A stretch of 64,000 nucleotides of DNA from Bacillota bacterium (GCA_050952625.1 JBMNLH010000004.1:160001-224000); one strand, 5' to 3'. Shown: positions 9,717-21,215, counted from the stretch's first letter. The notes: generated from the letters alone by a model not told the origin. Made by a program: numbers and translations.

Positions 9717-11090
9717 ATGCGCATTGCCTACTTTGATTGCTTTGGCGGGATCAGCGGTGACATGTGCCTCGGGGCTTTAGTTGATTTGGGAATTGATTTA
9801 AAGGAATTGGAACACCTGCTCAAGCAGGCCGGGCTTACCGGCTTTCGTCTGGATGCTCATTCAGTGCAACGTCAAGGAATCGGTGCCACCCAGGTAATCG
9901 TTGAACAGCAAGAACTTTCACCGCCAGCCCGAGGGTTAAGTCAGATTCAAAGAATAATTACTGACAGCCTATTCCCCCAGCGGGTTAAGGACCTATCTCT
10001 GAGGGTTTTTCAGCGTCTGGCTGAGGCTGAAGGCCAAGTCCACCGAGTTCCGCCAGAAAAGGTTCATTTCCACGAAGTTGGAGCAATTGATGCAATAGTC
10101 GATATCGTCGGGACTGTCTACGGCCTTGAGTTATTAGGGATTGAAAAAATATACGCCTCTGCTCTACCCATGGGAAAGGGACCGATCATCTGTCAACATG
10201 GGATTTTGCCTAACCCCGCCCCGGCGACTTTGGATCTTTGTCAAGGCATCCCCTTATATGATGCCGGGGTAGAGGGGGAATTAGTGACCCCGACCGGAGC
10301 AGCCTTGATTACTACACTGACTGGTCAATTCGGCCACTTTCCCGAAGTCAAAGTAACGAAGGTTGGCTACGGAGCTGGCAGTAAAGAACTTCCTTTAGCT
10401 AATGTCTTACGTCTTTGGATTGGGGATTTGGTAGAAAACGAAAACAACGGAATTAACCGAGATTACCACAAACCAAGTCAACCAGGTAGTCTGCAACTAG
10501 ACCTGCTGCTTGAAAAAATAGGACAAGAAAACCTCGAGGGGCATAGGTCCTCCACTCCCTTTTCCCTCGAGATAAATAATACCCAAGCTGTTCCTTCCCA
10601 CCCCAGCTTCCAGATTGAAGATGTTTGTCTGCTGGAATGCGCCATTGACGATATGAATCCGGAGTGGTACACCCATCTCCGACCACGCTTAGAGCAAGCT
10701 GGAGCCTTAGATGTTGTGTTTCGACAAGTCCACATGAAAAAAGGCCGCCCTGGTTTGGAGTTGTGTGTCCTAGCCAAGGAGGCCGCTGTCCCTCGAATTG
10801 TCCAGATTGTTTTGGGTGAAACCACTACCCTGGGAATTAGGTTGCGCAATGAAAAAAGACTGTCTATCCCGCGAGAATCAGTTAAACTAGATACACCATG
10901 GGGACCGATTGAAGTCAAATGGACCTGGGCACCAAGCGAAAGTGGAGAGTGGTATCGACGTGGTAAACTAGAGTTTGAATCGTGCCGGCACTTAGCTAAA
11001 AAGCTCAATCTTCCCTTGCCAGATCTGTACGCCCGATTAACTGGTTACCTAATGTCTGCCTATAAGATTACTCCGACGCCACAACCCTAA
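9717..11090 (+). CDS. larC: Nickel pincer cofactor biosynthesis protein LarC
   Basis: YFDCFGGISGDM, VHFHEVGAIDAIVD, ELVTPTGAA, IDDMNPE, MKKGRPG and ETTTLGIR motifs. Confidence 0.93.
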   Translation: MRIAYFDCFGGISGDMCLGALVDLGIDLKELEHLLKQAGLTGFRLDAHSVQRQGIGATQVIVEQQELSPPARGLSQIQRIITDSLFPQRVKDLSLRVFQRLAEAEGQVHRVPPEKVHFHEVGAIDAIVDIVGTVYGLELLGIEKIYASALPMGKGPIICQHGILPNPAPATLDLCQGIPLYDAGVEGELVTPTGAALITTLTGQFGHFPEVKVTKVGYGAGSKELPLANVLRLWIGDLVENENNGINRDYHKPSQPGSLQLDLLLEKIGQENLEGHRSSTPFSLEINNTQAVPSHPSFQIEDVCLLECAIDDMNPEWYTHLRPRLEQAGALDVVFRQVHMKKGRPGLELCVLAKEAAVPRIVQIVLGETTTLGIRLRNEKRLSIPRESVKLDTPWGPIEVKWTWAPSESGEWYRRGKLEFESCRHLAKKLNLPLPDLYARLTGYLMSAYKITPTPQP

Positions 11091-11227
11091 TCTTGGCCCT
11101 TTCCGGCACTGATGCCACTTTAGCATCAGCATATTCAGACAGCCGTCAAGCCTGGCCTTCACGGCGACTATCAAGGTATCCGGTAAACAGCATCAGTATA
11201 TTCAGGCAGCACCTAGGGTGGCGTTGA

Positions 11228-11425
11228 CTATTTCGTTGGTGCGGCATCTTCCTCGCTCGACAGCGATTTCTTGGCTCCCGGCAAACGCCCGGCCCGTTGG
11301 GCTGCCTCACGCAGCAAAAACTCAATCTGGGCATTAACACTGCGAAACTCATCGGCGGCCCAACGTTCCAAGACTTCATACAGTTTAGGATTAACCCTGA
11401 GCAGGAAACTCTTCTTGTTACTCAT
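11228..11425 (-). CDS. Arc-like ribbon-helix-helix DNA-binding protein
   Basis: KKSFLLR...WAADEFRSVNAQIEFLLRE; typical partner of SPFH genes. Confidence 0.82.
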   Translation of the reverse strand: MSNKKSFLLRVNPKLYEVLERWAADEFRSVNAQIEFLLREAAQRAGRLPGAKKSLSSEEDAAPTK

Positions 11426-11440
11426 GGCAGCCCTTCACCA

Positions 11441-12283
11441 TTAATACAAACTGCCGGTATTAATTACCGGTTGCGCCGCTCGATCTGAAACTATCGCCAC
11501 CATCAGATTATTGATCATGGCCACCTTACGTTCCTCATCTAATTCTACAATCCCTTCCTGCTGCAATTGAGCAATGGCCATTTGCGCCATACCTACTGCC
11601 CCTTCAACAATAATCTGTCGGGCTGCTAGAATTGCTGAGGCCTGCTGCCGTTGGAGCATGGCACTGGCAATCTCAGTGGCATAGGCGAGATGAGTTAAAC
11701 GTGCTTCAACTACCTCGACCCCGGCAACAGCAAGACGGCTCTGGAGTTCGCGAGCCAACTCAGCGGCCACTTCTTCCGCATTTCCCCGCAACGAATAACC
11801 GGCTGTCTCAAAGTTGTCGTAGGGGTACTTAGTTGCGACATGCCGCAAAGCGGTCTCACTTTGAATTTCCACAAACTTTTCGTAATCATCAACATCGAAT
11901 ACGGCCTTAGCTGAATCAATTACTCGAAAAACGACTACCGCGGCAATCTCGATCGGATTTCCGGCAACGTCATTTACTTTCAACATCTTGCTATTGAAAT
12001 TTCGCACCCGTAAGGATACTTTTTTATGAACGGTAAAAGGTACCGTCAGCCAGACCCCACTTTCCCGGACACTGCCGATATAACGGCCAAAGAAGGTCAC
12101 TACCTTAGCTTGGTTTGGCTGAACAATAACAAATCCACTGGATAATACGATGATGGGCACTAACAGAATAACTCCCGTCACGATTTCTTTAGTGCTGAAA
12201 CAATAGATATCCAGCCCTAATAAAATCAAGCCCAGGACAATCGATAAAAATCCATTTACCTTCCAAGCCTTTTGTTCGACCAT
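11441..12283 (-). CDS. SPFH/Band 7 domain membrane protein
   Basis: Two N-terminal TM helices; KVNDVAGNPIEIAAVVV and LAYATEIASAMLQRQQA motifs. Confidence 0.9.
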   Translation of the reverse strand: MVEQKAWKVNGFLSIVLGLILLGLDIYCFSTKEIVTGVILLVPIIVLSSGFVIVQPNQAKVVTFFGRYIGSVRESGVWLTVPFTVHKKVSLRVRNFNSKMLKVNDVAGNPIEIAAVVVFRVIDSAKAVFDVDDYEKFVEIQSETALRHVATKYPYDNFETAGYSLRGNAEEVAAELARELQSRLAVAGVEVVEARLTHLAYATEIASAMLQRQQASAILAARQIIVEGAVGMAQMAIAQLQQEGIVELDEERKVAMINNLMVAIVSDRAAQPVINTGSLY

Positions 12284-12372
12284 GATTCAACCCCCCTTAA
12301 ATATTTCTAAGATATTAATATGATATCAATTATGTTTAAAACTGTAAAAGGTAAATTAAGGATAGTTTGGAA

Positions 12373-12451
12373 TTGAACTTTGTTATGCTTTGACTTTGGG
12401 TGCTTGAGGCTTCAGATAGAGACTCTGCTCTAGCTGAAGCTTTCAACAATG
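12373..12451 (-). repeat. Degenerate partial copy (A) of the ~115-bp TTTAT..TTCAC element
   Basis: GAGGCTTCAGATAGAGACTCTGCTCTAGCTGAAG matches the central hairpin of the family. Confidence 0.7.
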
Positions 12452-12516
12452 ACTTCGCCATTGTCCTGGTCGGAATACGATTGTTCGTGTTTTCCTACCC
12501 ACTGCATATTGCTAAA

Positions 12517-12532
12517 TGTTCCACGTGGAACA
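12517..12532. promoter_or_regulatory. parS site
   Basis: Perfect TGTTCCACGTGGAACA downstream of spo0J. Confidence 0.95.
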
Positions 12533-12639
12533 TTTTGTATAGATTAATTTAGAATATTTTAAACCTAGACAAACATTATAGAGAACAAAAAACTTGTTAT
12601 GGTTGCGCCAAAGGTTATGGCGTATCATAAAAAAGGCAA

Positions 12640-12655
12640 TGTTCCACGTGGAACA
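12640..12655. promoter_or_regulatory. parS site embedded in a terminator-like hairpin
   Basis: Perfect TGTTCCACGTGGAACA inside the 26-bp palindrome 12635-12660. Confidence 0.95.
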
Positions 12656-12678
12656 TTGCCCTCGCAATTGGCTTCTCT

Positions 12679-13593
12679 CTATTTAATGTCCAGAAGTTCT
12701 CGAATTCGCTCTAAATCTTCTAGATCATAAAATTCAATTTCAATAAGTCCTCGGCCTTCGCCTGACCATTTTAATTTAACTCGGGTGCCTAATTTATCCC
12801 GAAGCTTATCTTCAAAAAAAGTCATTTCTGGTGTTATTTTTTCTGGCTCCACATTCCCTGATTGAGTAGATTTTCGCTTGCGTGAATTGCCCTTGCCCTC
12901 ATTTCTTTGTTGCTCCGCTGATTGAGGTATCAATTCAGGCTGTGGTCGTTGCACCAATTTTTCAGTTTCCCTGACCGTCAATCCCTTTTCAACTATCTCA
13001 TTACCCATCCGCTCTCTTTCTTGGACATCGCTTACCCCCAACAAAACCTTGGCATGGCCTATGGTTAAAACCCCTTGTTTAATGCGTTCCTTTAATTGAT
13101 CAGATAAGCCAAGCAAACGCATAGCATTAGCAATATACGACCGGCTTTTGCCCATTCGCTTAGCTAAGCTTTCCTGAGTAAACCCATATTCCTGAATCAA
13201 CTGGCGGTAAGCTTCGGCTTCTTCCAATGGGTTTAATTCCTCACGCTGGAGGTTCTCGACCAAAGATATTTCTCTGGCCTCCACTTCCTTCACTTCTTTA
13301 ATGACCGCGGGAATCTTGTCCAAACCCAGCATCATACAGGCCCGCCAGCGCCGTTCACCAGCAATTAATTGGTAACGCTCTTTATCGAGCGGTCTAACCA
13401 CAATCGGTTGAACTATCCCGTGTTCGCGAATTGAGGCGGCTAATTCTGATAATTTCTCATCCTCAAAAAATTTCCGAGGTTGATAAGCACTAGCTTCAAT
13501 ATTGTTAACCGGCAGCTCTGTCACTAAATCCTCGCTTTTGCTTGCCCCGGGCAGTAAAGCCTCAAGACCTCTACCTAAAGCACGTTTAACCAT
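12679..13593 (-). CDS. spo0J: Chromosome partitioning protein ParB/Spo0J
   Basis: LGRGLEAL, QPRK.F, LIAGERRWRA and ENLQREELNPLEEA motifs. Confidence 0.96.
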   Translation of the reverse strand: MVKRALGRGLEALLPGASKSEDLVTELPVNNIEASAYQPRKFFEDEKLSELAASIREHGIVQPIVVRPLDKERYQLIAGERRWRACMMLGLDKIPAVIKEVKEVEAREISLVENLQREELNPLEEAEAYRQLIQEYGFTQESLAKRMGKSRSYIANAMRLLGLSDQLKERIKQGVLTIGHAKVLLGVSDVQERERMGNEIVEKGLTVRETEKLVQRPQPELIPQSAEQQRNEGKGNSRKRKSTQSGNVEPEKITPEMTFFEDKLRDKLGTRVKLKWSGEGRGLIEIEFYDLEDLERIRELLDIK

Positions 13594-14347
13594 TGCGAAT
13601 CACTTCCCCTGCTAGTTCATTATACATTTCCGCCCCCCGGGATCGGCCATCATATAAGATAATCGGTTGTCCGTAACTGGGGGCCTCACTCAATCGAACA
13701 TTTCGAGGAATAACACTACTAAATACCTTATCCTTAAAAAACTCCTTGACTTCTTCCACTACTTGAATACTGAGATTCGTTCGAGCATCAAACATAGTTA
13801 ACAATACTCCCTCTAAATCCAGGTTGGGATTTAAATGTTTACGTACTAATTGAACTGTGTGCATTAATTGGCCAAGTCCCTCTAAAGCGTAATACTCACA
13901 TTGAATAGGGATTAACAACCGGTCTGAAGCAGCTAAAGCATTTAGGGTTAGGAGCCCTAAAGATGGTGGACAATCAATTAAAATGTAGTCATATTTGTCT
14001 TTGACCTTTTCTAAAGCGCGCTTCAGTTTACCTTCCCGGGCAATTAAGGAAACCAGTTCAATCTCCGCCCCGGCAAGTTGCAAGGTGGCTGGTACAATTT
14101 GCAGATTGTTAACGTTAGTGGAAAACATAACTTCCTCAATGCCAATGCCGTTAATTAAAACATCATAAATACAGTGTTCGAGCGTCTTGCGATTAATCCC
14201 TAAACCGCTGGTAGCATTACCCTGGGGATCAATATCAATTATCAGCACCTTTTTTCCCGCTTGAGCCAAGCAAGCACCTAGGTTAACCGCAGTCGTTGTC
14301 TTCCCAACGCCTCCCTTTTGGTTGGCAATAGCTATTACCCGCCCCAT
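13586..14347 (-). CDS. soj: ParA/Soj ATPase
   Basis: NQKGGVGKTTT, DIDPQGNATSGLG and PRNVRLSEAPS motifs. Confidence 0.97.
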   Translation of the reverse strand: MGRVIAIANQKGGVGKTTTAVNLGACLAQAGKKVLIIDIDPQGNATSGLGINRKTLEHCIYDVLINGIGIEEVMFSTNVNNLQIVPATLQLAGAEIELVSLIAREGKLKRALEKVKDKYDYILIDCPPSLGLLTLNALAASDRLLIPIQCEYYALEGLGQLMHTVQLVRKHLNPNLDLEGVLLTMFDARTNLSIQVVEEVKEFFKDKVFSSVIPRNVRLSEAPSYGQPIILYDGRSRGAEMYNELAGEVIRNG

Positions 14348-14594
14348 AACTTATTCCTCACCTTCCTGATCAAACCATGACTCTGCATCCTTCATTCGAC
14401 ATCTATTTTGAACAACCACCCGTATCAAAGATTTTAAGATTGAAACAACTGTATATTAATAACAAATATTAAAAGACCGGTACCTACCGGCTATATAATT
14501 AACTGAATAGGCATCCGGCTTCCAGTCAACTTAATAATATAGTGTATCGTTTAATCTGACTAGTCATCCTGATGAAAAAGTTAGCTATCAATAT

Positions 14595-14721
14595 AACTTG
14601 TTCCGCTTTTTGTTCAGCTTTGCTGACATCGAGACTTCAGATAAAGGCTCTTCTTCAAGACAAAGGCTCCTCCTCATCTGAAGTTTAAGTTAACCCACGT
14701 ATAGAAGCGAGAGTCTGATAA
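14595..14721 (-). repeat. Copy (B) of the TTTAT..TTCAC element, with an internal duplication
   Basis: TTGTTCAGCTTTGCTGACATCGAGACTTCAG...CATCTGAAGTTTAA...ATAGAAG...GTCT; abuts the rsmG stop. Confidence 0.75.
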
Positions 14722-14722
14722 T

Positions 14723-15439
14723 TCAAATTAAAGGCCTTTTAGCCGGTATGCCGACGCGTCTGGGAAAACGAGCCGGCGTATCTTTTATTTTCCGAATCAG
14801 CACTAAACAACGGCCTGGGATTTCTTTTAAGGAGATCCATTCAATTCCTTCGATTCGACCCCCTAATTCCCGAACCCCGTTACTAGCCTCCTTAACCTCT
14901 GCCTCCCCCTCTCTTCCCTTTTGCGCAATAAGCAAACCTCCGCGCTTTAAAAGGGGCAGACAGTATTCAGAAATAATCGCTAGATGCCCAACCGCCCGGC
15001 AAGTAGCATAATCATATGTTTCCCGCCAGCCCGTCATCTTTCCTAATTCTTCAGCCCGACCTACTTTTGCCTGAATTTCGGTTAAGTTTAAACCTTCAAT
15101 ACATTCAGCAATAAACCTCGCCTTTTTACCAACTGTCTCCACTAAGGTGACTTCTAAGTCTGGTCGCACAATTTTCAGGGCCAGTCCTGGGTAACCGGCC
15201 CCGGCCCCGACATCAACCAAGCGACCCGGCCGCTTAATCGCTGAACAACATGTCCAGGAATCAAAAAAGTGCTTAACTAAAATCTCTTCCTCTGTTTTAA
15301 ATGCAGTCAGATTAAATTGTTGATTGGTCTTGATTAAGTTGGTAATAAGCCAATCAATTTGGCTAATTTTATGGTTATCTAGTTCAATTTGTAATTGGTT
15401 CGCCCCCGCCAGCAACATTTCCTTTAGGCGACTATTCAT
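14723..15439 (-). CDS. rsmG: 16S rRNA m7G527 methyltransferase RsmG (GidB)
   Basis: [21 protein letters not shown] and GRAEELG motifs; start moved to ATG 15439, which overlaps the mnmG stop. Confidence 0.93.
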   Translation of the reverse strand: MNSRLKEMLLAGANQLQIELDNHKISQIDWLITNLIKTNQQFNLTAFKTEEEILVKHFFDSWTCCSAIKRPGRLVDVGAGAGYPGLALKIVRPDLEVTLVETVGKKARFIAECIEGLNLTEIQAKVGRAEELGKMTGWRETYDYATCRAVGHLAIISEYCLPLLKRGGLLIAQKGREGEAEVKEASNGVRELGGRIEGIEWISLKEIPGRCLVLIRKIKDTPARFPRRVGIPAKRPLI

Positions 15440-17336
15440 CTTCTTTCCCTTTTCCCCGCCTTCGTTGTTCCAAATGGACCAGTAAGATCGACAAATCAGC
15501 TGGTGATACTCCGCCAATCCGACCGGCCTGTCCCAAAGTTTCCGGTCTAACTCTAGCTAGTTTAAGTCTCCCTTCGGTCGAAAGACCGCTAACTGCCTCA
15601 AAATTAAAATCTCGCGGTATTTTCTTCCCTTCTAGTTTAAGAAATCTTTCTGCTTGATCTCGCTGTTTTTTAATATAACCAGCATATTTTATTTCTAACT
15701 CTACCTCTTCGCGCACGTCATCCGGGATTACCCCACTTCGGTTATAAAGTATCTCTAGTTCCGCCAGGGTAACTTCCGGCCGACGCAACAATTCCAGCAA
15801 GGTAGTCCCTTGCTTTAACTCGGCACTGCCAATTGCTTGCAACCATTCCTGCATTTCTGCATCCCGAGGAGAAACAACGGTCTGTTGCAACCATTCCTTT
15901 TCTTCAGTCATTTGAGCCAGTTTGCGCTCAAATATTCGCCAGCGTTCATCCGTGACTAAACCAACCTTGCGCCCAATCTCGGTTAAGCGTAAATCAGCAT
16001 TTCCCTCCCGCAGTAATAGGCGATACTCGGCCCGGGCGGTCATAATCCGATAAGGCTCCCAGTTGTCTTTGGTTATGAGGTCATCCACCAATACCCCAAT
16101 ATAACCATCTGATCTTTTTAAGATCAAAGGTTCTTGTTCTTTAACCATTAGAGCAGCATTAATGCCAGCTAAGATCCCCTGGGCAGCCGCCTCTTCATAC
16201 CCGGAACTGCCGTTGATCTGGCCAGCGGAAAACAATCCCTTGATCTTTTTGGTTTCCAGGGTTAATTTCAACTGATCACCCTTGATATAATCGTACTCAA
16301 TGGCGTAGGCTGGTCGAATAATCTCAGCTCGTTCCATTCCCCGAACCGAACGGATCATTTCTATTTGCACATCCTCCGGCAAACTGGTAGATAACCCCTG
16401 GATGTACATTTCGTTAGTCTTACGACCTTCCGGTTCAATAAATACCTGATGTCCCTCTTTACCTTTAAACCGCACGACTTTATCTTCAATTGACGGACAG
16501 TAACGCGGACCAATCCCTTTAATAAAACCGCTGTACATAGGGGCCCGGTCCAGATTATTCATAATTATTTCATGCGTTCTGGGGTTAGTATAGGTTAACC
16601 AACAAGAAACTTGTTCCCTTTGAATCCGGTCATTTAAAAACGAAAAATTCCATCCTTCAGCATCACCGGGCTGTTCAATCATCTTACTAAAATCAAGGGT
16701 TTTTCGGTTAACCCGGGCTGGGGTCCCGGTTTTATATCGACCTAGTTCAAAACCCAGTTCGGTCAGCGAATCAGTCAAGGTGATTGAAGGAAATTGACCA
16801 TGGGGACCGCTGTCATAGGCAACCTCCCCAATAATTATGCGGCCTCGCAGATAGGTCCCGGTAGTGATAACGACTGCTCGGCAATTATAAACCGCCCCAT
16901 TCCGCGTAATTACCCCGGTCACCCGGTCTCCCTTGACTAAAATTCGTTCGACCATGGCCTGTTTTACATCTAGATTTTCCTGCTGCAGCAAGGTCATTAG
17001 CATTTCTTTTTGGTATTCCTGTTTATCCGCTTGCGCTCGCAAGGCTCTGACTGCCGGTCCTTTCCCGGTGTTTAGCCGCCTAATCTGAATAAAAGTTTTA
17101 TCCAGGTTGATCCCCATTTCTCCGCCCAGGGCGTCAACCTCTCGGACTAAATGGCCTTTACCGGGACCGCCAATCGACGGATTACACGGCATGAGTGCTA
17201 TCCCTTCCACACTAATGGTAAAAACAACGGTCCGGCAACCCATCCGCGCTGCGGCTAAAGCTGCCTCACAACCAGCATGTCCTGCCCCAATGACTACGAC
17301 ATCATAATCACCGACTTTGAATTGCAAAAACCCCAT
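15432..17336 (-). CDS. mnmG: tRNA modification enzyme MnmG (GidA)
   Basis: [30 protein letters not shown] and [16 protein letters not shown] motifs. Confidence 0.97.
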   Translation of the reverse strand: MGFLQFKVGDYDVVVIGAGHAGCEAALAAARMGCRTVVFTISVEGIALMPCNPSIGGPGKGHLVREVDALGGEMGINLDKTFIQIRRLNTGKGPAVRALRAQADKQEYQKEMLMTLLQQENLDVKQAMVERILVKGDRVTGVITRNGAVYNCRAVVITTGTYLRGRIIIGEVAYDSGPHGQFPSITLTDSLTELGFELGRYKTGTPARVNRKTLDFSKMIEQPGDAEGWNFSFLNDRIQREQVSCWLTYTNPRTHEIIMNNLDRAPMYSGFIKGIGPRYCPSIEDKVVRFKGKEGHQVFIEPEGRKTNEMYIQGLSTSLPEDVQIEMIRSVRGMERAEIIRPAYAIEYDYIKGDQLKLTLETKKIKGLFSAGQINGSSGYEEAAAQGILAGINAALMVKEQEPLILKRSDGYIGVLVDDLITKDNWEPYRIMTARAEYRLLLREGNADLRLTEIGRKVGLVTDERWRIFERKLAQMTEEKEWLQQTVVSPRDAEMQEWLQAIGSAELKQGTTLLELLRRPEVTLAELEILYNRSGVIPDDVREEVELEIKYAGYIKKQRDQAERFLKLEGKKIPRDFNFEAVSGLSTEGRLKLARVRPETLGQAGRIGGVSPADLSILLVHLEQRRRGKGKEDE

Positions 17337-17341
17337 CCCCT

Positions 17342-18724
17342 CTACTTCCCGATACAGAACTCGGAAAAAATGCGATCTAAAACTTGGTCACTAATTGACT
17401 CCCCAGTAATCTCCCCTAAACTTTCTAAAGCTTCATTAAGATCGATGAGGACAAATTCGCTGGGCAATTGTTCCTCCATCGCCATCAGACTCGCCCGACA
17501 GGCCCTTAAACATCGGTTAAGGGCTTCTTCCTGCCGGACACTCCCGAGCAGCCACTCCTCTCCATGATCACTCGTATTTCCGACCACCTTACTCAGAATT
17601 GCTTCTTTGATTTCTTCGATCCCCCACTTCTCTTTCATCGAAGCCCAAATTACTGTTTCTTGCGGAAACAAATGATTAATTGCTGCACTATCAATTTTTT
17701 GTTCAGCTAAGTCGGATTTATTTACGATTACTAAAAGAGGCATTCCTGAAACTAATTCTACCACCTTTTGATCATCTACTCCAATTCCTTCTCCAGCATC
17801 AAAAACCACCAAAATGACCTGACCGCGCCGGAGCATTTCCCGGGCTTTGGCAACACCAATCCGTTCGACCAGGTCCACGGTTTCTCTAATTCCAGCCGTA
17901 TCAACCAGGCGAATGGGCACCCCGCGTACGACGACCTCTTCTTCTATTACATCACGCGTCGTCCCGGCAATCTCGGTGACAATGGCTCTTTCTTCACCGA
18001 TTAATTCATTCCATAAACTAGATTTACCAACATTAGGTTTGCCGATGATCACTACTCTAATCCCTTCTCTGGCAGCCCGGCCTCCCCTAGCCCCTTCCAG
18101 AATTTTTTCCAGTTCTTGAATCACGGTCCGCATCTCATCAGTACTGCTAGTTTCGACTTCGATTCCTTCTTCCGGAAAATCCAAGACCGCCTCCAGATTA
18201 GCCGCAATGCCAATCAGTTTTTCTTTAATCAGCTTGATGCGCCCCGAAAGACGACCTTCAAGCTGTCGCATGGCTAACCGTCGTGCTGCTTCACTCCGCG
18301 CCCTGATCAAATCAATGACTGCTTCAGCCTGAGCTAGATCCAACCGGCCATTCATAAAAGCGCGACGCGTAAACTCACCCGGCTCGGCTAATCTGGCTCC
18401 GGCTCGTAATACAGCCTCTAGTACTTCTCTCAGAATTAGCCGACCGCCATGCCCCTGAAATTCAATCACGTCTTCACCGGTATAGCTATGTGGTCCCCAC
18501 ATCACCGCGACCAATACTTCATCAATTGCTTCCTGAGTCCGCGGATCTTGGACAGTGGCCAAATGCAAGGTATGTGATGGCCAATGACGAACACTTTGCT
18601 TGGATTCGTCCCGTCTCTTGAGCACCCGGTCCGCAATTCTCACTGCCTGCGGACCGGAAATCCTGACTATTCCTATAGCAGCTTCACCATAAGCTGTGGT
18701 AATCGCCGCGATGGTATCTTCCAT
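17342..18724 (-). CDS. mnmE: tRNA modification GTPase MnmE (TrmE)
   Basis: [21 protein letters not shown] and C-terminal FCIGK. Confidence 0.97.
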   Translation of the reverse strand: MEDTIAAITTAYGEAAIGIVRISGPQAVRIADRVLKRRDESKQSVRHWPSHTLHLATVQDPRTQEAIDEVLVAVMWGPHSYTGEDVIEFQGHGGRLILREVLEAVLRAGARLAEPGEFTRRAFMNGRLDLAQAEAVIDLIRARSEAARRLAMRQLEGRLSGRIKLIKEKLIGIAANLEAVLDFPEEGIEVETSSTDEMRTVIQELEKILEGARGGRAAREGIRVVIIGKPNVGKSSLWNELIGEERAIVTEIAGTTRDVIEEEVVVRGVPIRLVDTAGIRETVDLVERIGVAKAREMLRRGQVILVVFDAGEGIGVDDQKVVELVSGMPLLVIVNKSDLAEQKIDSAAINHLFPQETVIWASMKEKWGIEEIKEAILSKVVGNTSDHGEEWLLGSVRQEEALNRCLRACRASLMAMEEQLPSEFVLIDLNEALESLGEITGESISDQVLDRIFSEFCIGK

Positions 18725-18900
18725 AACATCTTCACCTCGTTAAGCAAGAAAACTTGATTTATGCCGGCGCCAAAGGCTTGGCGGAAGCCCTAGTTGCCCT
18801 TACTTATAATCAGAAATTCCACTGATACTTTCTGATTGTGCAATAGGAAAGGCCGCCGGGGATTGTTACCCCAACGGCCCTATTTTTCATGTCTAAGTAC

Positions 18901-19533
18901 TTATTTCTTCGGTGAAATAACAACTTTACGAAATGGTTCGTTACCCTGACTAAAGGTATAAACCGAAGCATCATTCTGAAGCGCGGTGTGAATCACTCTT
19001 CGTTCTTGGGGGTTCATTGGTTCCAATACCACGTGTTTTCGGGTACGTTTTACTTTTTCTGATAACCGTTGGGCTAATCGGATTAGGGTTTCTTCCCTTC
19101 TCCGCCGATATTCTTCTACATCTAGGACTATTCTTACTCTTTTTTCAACCTGTCGATTAACGACCAGGTTTACCAGGTATTGGAGAGCATCAAGTGTATC
19201 TCCTCTTCGTCCAATCAAAATGCCCAATTCTTTCCCCTGAAAACTGACGTAATACTGCTCACCATCAAACTGCAGATCAGTTTTGGCTTCGATATGCATG
19301 GCCTGAAAAATTTTTTCCAAGAAACTCTGGATAATTTTTTCCGGCCGCTTTTTTTCTTTAACCTTAACCCGGGCAGCTCGAGATCCAATAATCCCAAATA
19401 GCCCTTTATTTCCTTCCTCCAAAATTTCTATTTCCGCGTCTTCTTTGCCAATGCCTAACTCTGCCAGTGCGAACTCAACTGCTTCTTCAACTGTTTTTCC
19501 CGTTTTCTCTGCTTGCCTTATTTCACCTGGCAT
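18901..19533 (-). CDS. jag: RNA-binding protein Jag/EloR/KhpB
   Basis: Jag_N (GKTVEEA), KH (LIGRRGDTLDALQ) and R3H (ERRVIH) domains. Confidence 0.95.
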   Translation of the reverse strand: MPGEIRQAEKTGKTVEEAVEFALAELGIGKEDAEIEILEEGNKGLFGIIGSRAARVKVKEKKRPEKIIQSFLEKIFQAMHIEAKTDLQFDGEQYYVSFQGKELGILIGRRGDTLDALQYLVNLVVNRQVEKRVRIVLDVEEYRRRREETLIRLAQRLSEKVKRTRKHVVLEPMNPQERRVIHTALQNDASVYTFSQGNEPFRKVVISPKK

Positions 19534-20257
19534 GTTTTCTTTTGACCCCCTTTTTTGCCTTCGCTGAGGGCTTGGTTACGGGCTTTTCAGTTACTATTTC
19601 AACCTCAACCTCGGCTCCGCCCTTCCTTCCCTTGCGATTTACATAGATTTGCTGCAATGCTCCAAGAACGCTAAAAACTACCCAATATAAAGCCAAGCCA
19701 GCCGGGAACCTATATGAAATATACCCAATAAACAACGGCATAAAATATAGCATATACTTTTGGGTTTGATCCATAGCTGCTGGAGTAGTTACTTTTTGTT
19801 GCCAAAAAGTACTGGCAGCTGCCAGAATCGGCAAAACAAGCATCCGATCGGGTTCGCTCAAATTTGGGATCCAAAAAAACCCGGCATGAGCTGGTTCTAA
19901 ATATTCAATGTGCAGCAATGCCTGATAAAAAGCAATCAGGATAGGCATTTGAATCAATAAAGGCAGACAGCCGGCCAAAGGATTAACTTTATTTTTCTGG
20001 TAAAGTTCCATGACCGCCTGTTGGGCCCTCTCCGGTTGCTTCTTAAATTTTTCTTGCAGTTCTTTTACTTTAGGTTGTATCTCCTGCATCGCTCGCATTG
20101 ATTCCATTTGTTTGGCGCTCAGGGGATATATAATTATTTTTAATAATATGGTAATTAAAATAATAGCCAACCCATAGCTGCCGACACCAAAATCAACTGT
20201 CAAGCTATAAACAAATTGAATTAACTGTGAAAAACCATTAACGAAGCTCTGCCACAA
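19523..20257 (-). CDS. yidC: Membrane protein insertase YidC/SpoIIIJ
   Basis: NPLAGCLPLLIQMPI and PAGLALYW motifs; conserved gene order. Confidence 0.95.
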   Translation of the reverse strand: MWQSFVNGFSQLIQFVYSLTVDFGVGSYGLAIILITILLKIIIYPLSAKQMESMRAMQEIQPKVKELQEKFKKQPERAQQAVMELYQKNKVNPLAGCLPLLIQMPILIAFYQALLHIEYLEPAHAGFFWIPNLSEPDRMLVLPILAAASTFWQQKVTTPAAMDQTQKYMLYFMPLFIGYISYRFPAGLALYWVVFSVLGALQQIYVNRKGRKGGAEVEVEIVTEKPVTKPSAKAKKGVKRKHAR

Positions 20258-20499
20258 CAGTCACTCCTGCCCAAATAACCTCTACTTTCTCGAGGCTCAG
20301 TCGCAGGATCCACCTCCTTCGCACCAACTCCCCCATAATTCCCTGATGTTTAATTACCTTTTATCGTATCACTATTGTTAATAATAAAAGCCTTAATTAA
20401 AACAAGAAAGCAAAAAACATAATTAAACATCACAGGCGGGATGTATGGGTACAACTTAACCAAAATCCTGGTAAATACAGATAAATACAAAAAAAATAT

Positions 20500-20742
20500 T
20501 TATCTTGGCCCCTTTTGGTGCTGCATTAAACTTTCCGGCACTGGATCATAACCATACTTACCCCATGGATGACACCTTAGAATCCGCCTCATACTTAACC
20601 AAAGACCTTGTAATATTCCGTGCTTTTCAATTGCTTCAATAGCATACATTGAACAAGTTGGAATAAAGCGGCATCTTGGTGGTAACCAGGAAGATAACAG
20701 GACACGGTACAATACGATTAGATTAATTAGGGTTTTACTCAA
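20500..20742 (-). CDS. yidD: Membrane protein insertion efficiency factor YidD
   Basis: CRFIPTCS.Y...[14 protein letters not shown]. Confidence 0.93.
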   Translation of the reverse strand: MSKTLINLIVLYRVLLSSWLPPRCRFIPTCSMYAIEAIEKHGILQGLWLSMRRILRCHPWGKYGYDPVPESLMQHQKGPR

Positions 20743-20749
20743 GAGTTTC

Positions 20750-21115
20750 TTAATTTTTTCTATTCTTTTTCGCGACCCCCTCTTCGATTAATTTAGCCCG
20801 CCGGCATACCTGCTCCAAATCGTTCTTTAAATCCCAATAATTTACTTTTTCTATACCTTTTCGACCAACAACTACTAGGTCTACTTTCTTAATTAAGGCG
20901 GCATCTAAGTTAGCACAAATCTCTCGCAGTCTTCTCCGCACCTTATTCCGAACTACAGCACCGCCAATCCGTTTGGAAGTGACAATACCCCAACGACTTC
21001 GTTTTCCTTCACCGTTTCGGTAGTGAATGGTAGCCCAGCGACCGCTAACCCAGCGGGCGGTCTTAAAAATTCGTTGAAACTCGTCATTCTTCCTGATTCT
21101 ACTTTCTTTATTCAT
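20750..21115 (-). CDS. rnpA: Ribonuclease P protein component
   Basis: [22 protein letters not shown] motif; synteny. Confidence 0.95.
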   Translation of the reverse strand: MNKESRIRKNDEFQRIFKTARWVSGRWATIHYRNGEGKRSRWGIVTSKRIGGAVVRNKVRRRLREICANLDAALIKKVDLVVVGRKGIEKVNYWDLKNDLEQVCRRAKLIEEGVAKKNRKN

Positions 21116-21215
21116 GAGCTTAGCTTCCTCACAAGGTACCCGGCGAGAATCAGTTATTCTCTTATTATAACTTTAATATAACTCATATAGAAACAAAAGG
21201 CCACATACAGCGGCC

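Noticed and set aside
11122-11210. Mini CRISPR array
   Set aside because: Only two imperfect 22-bp units, and no cas genes in the window.
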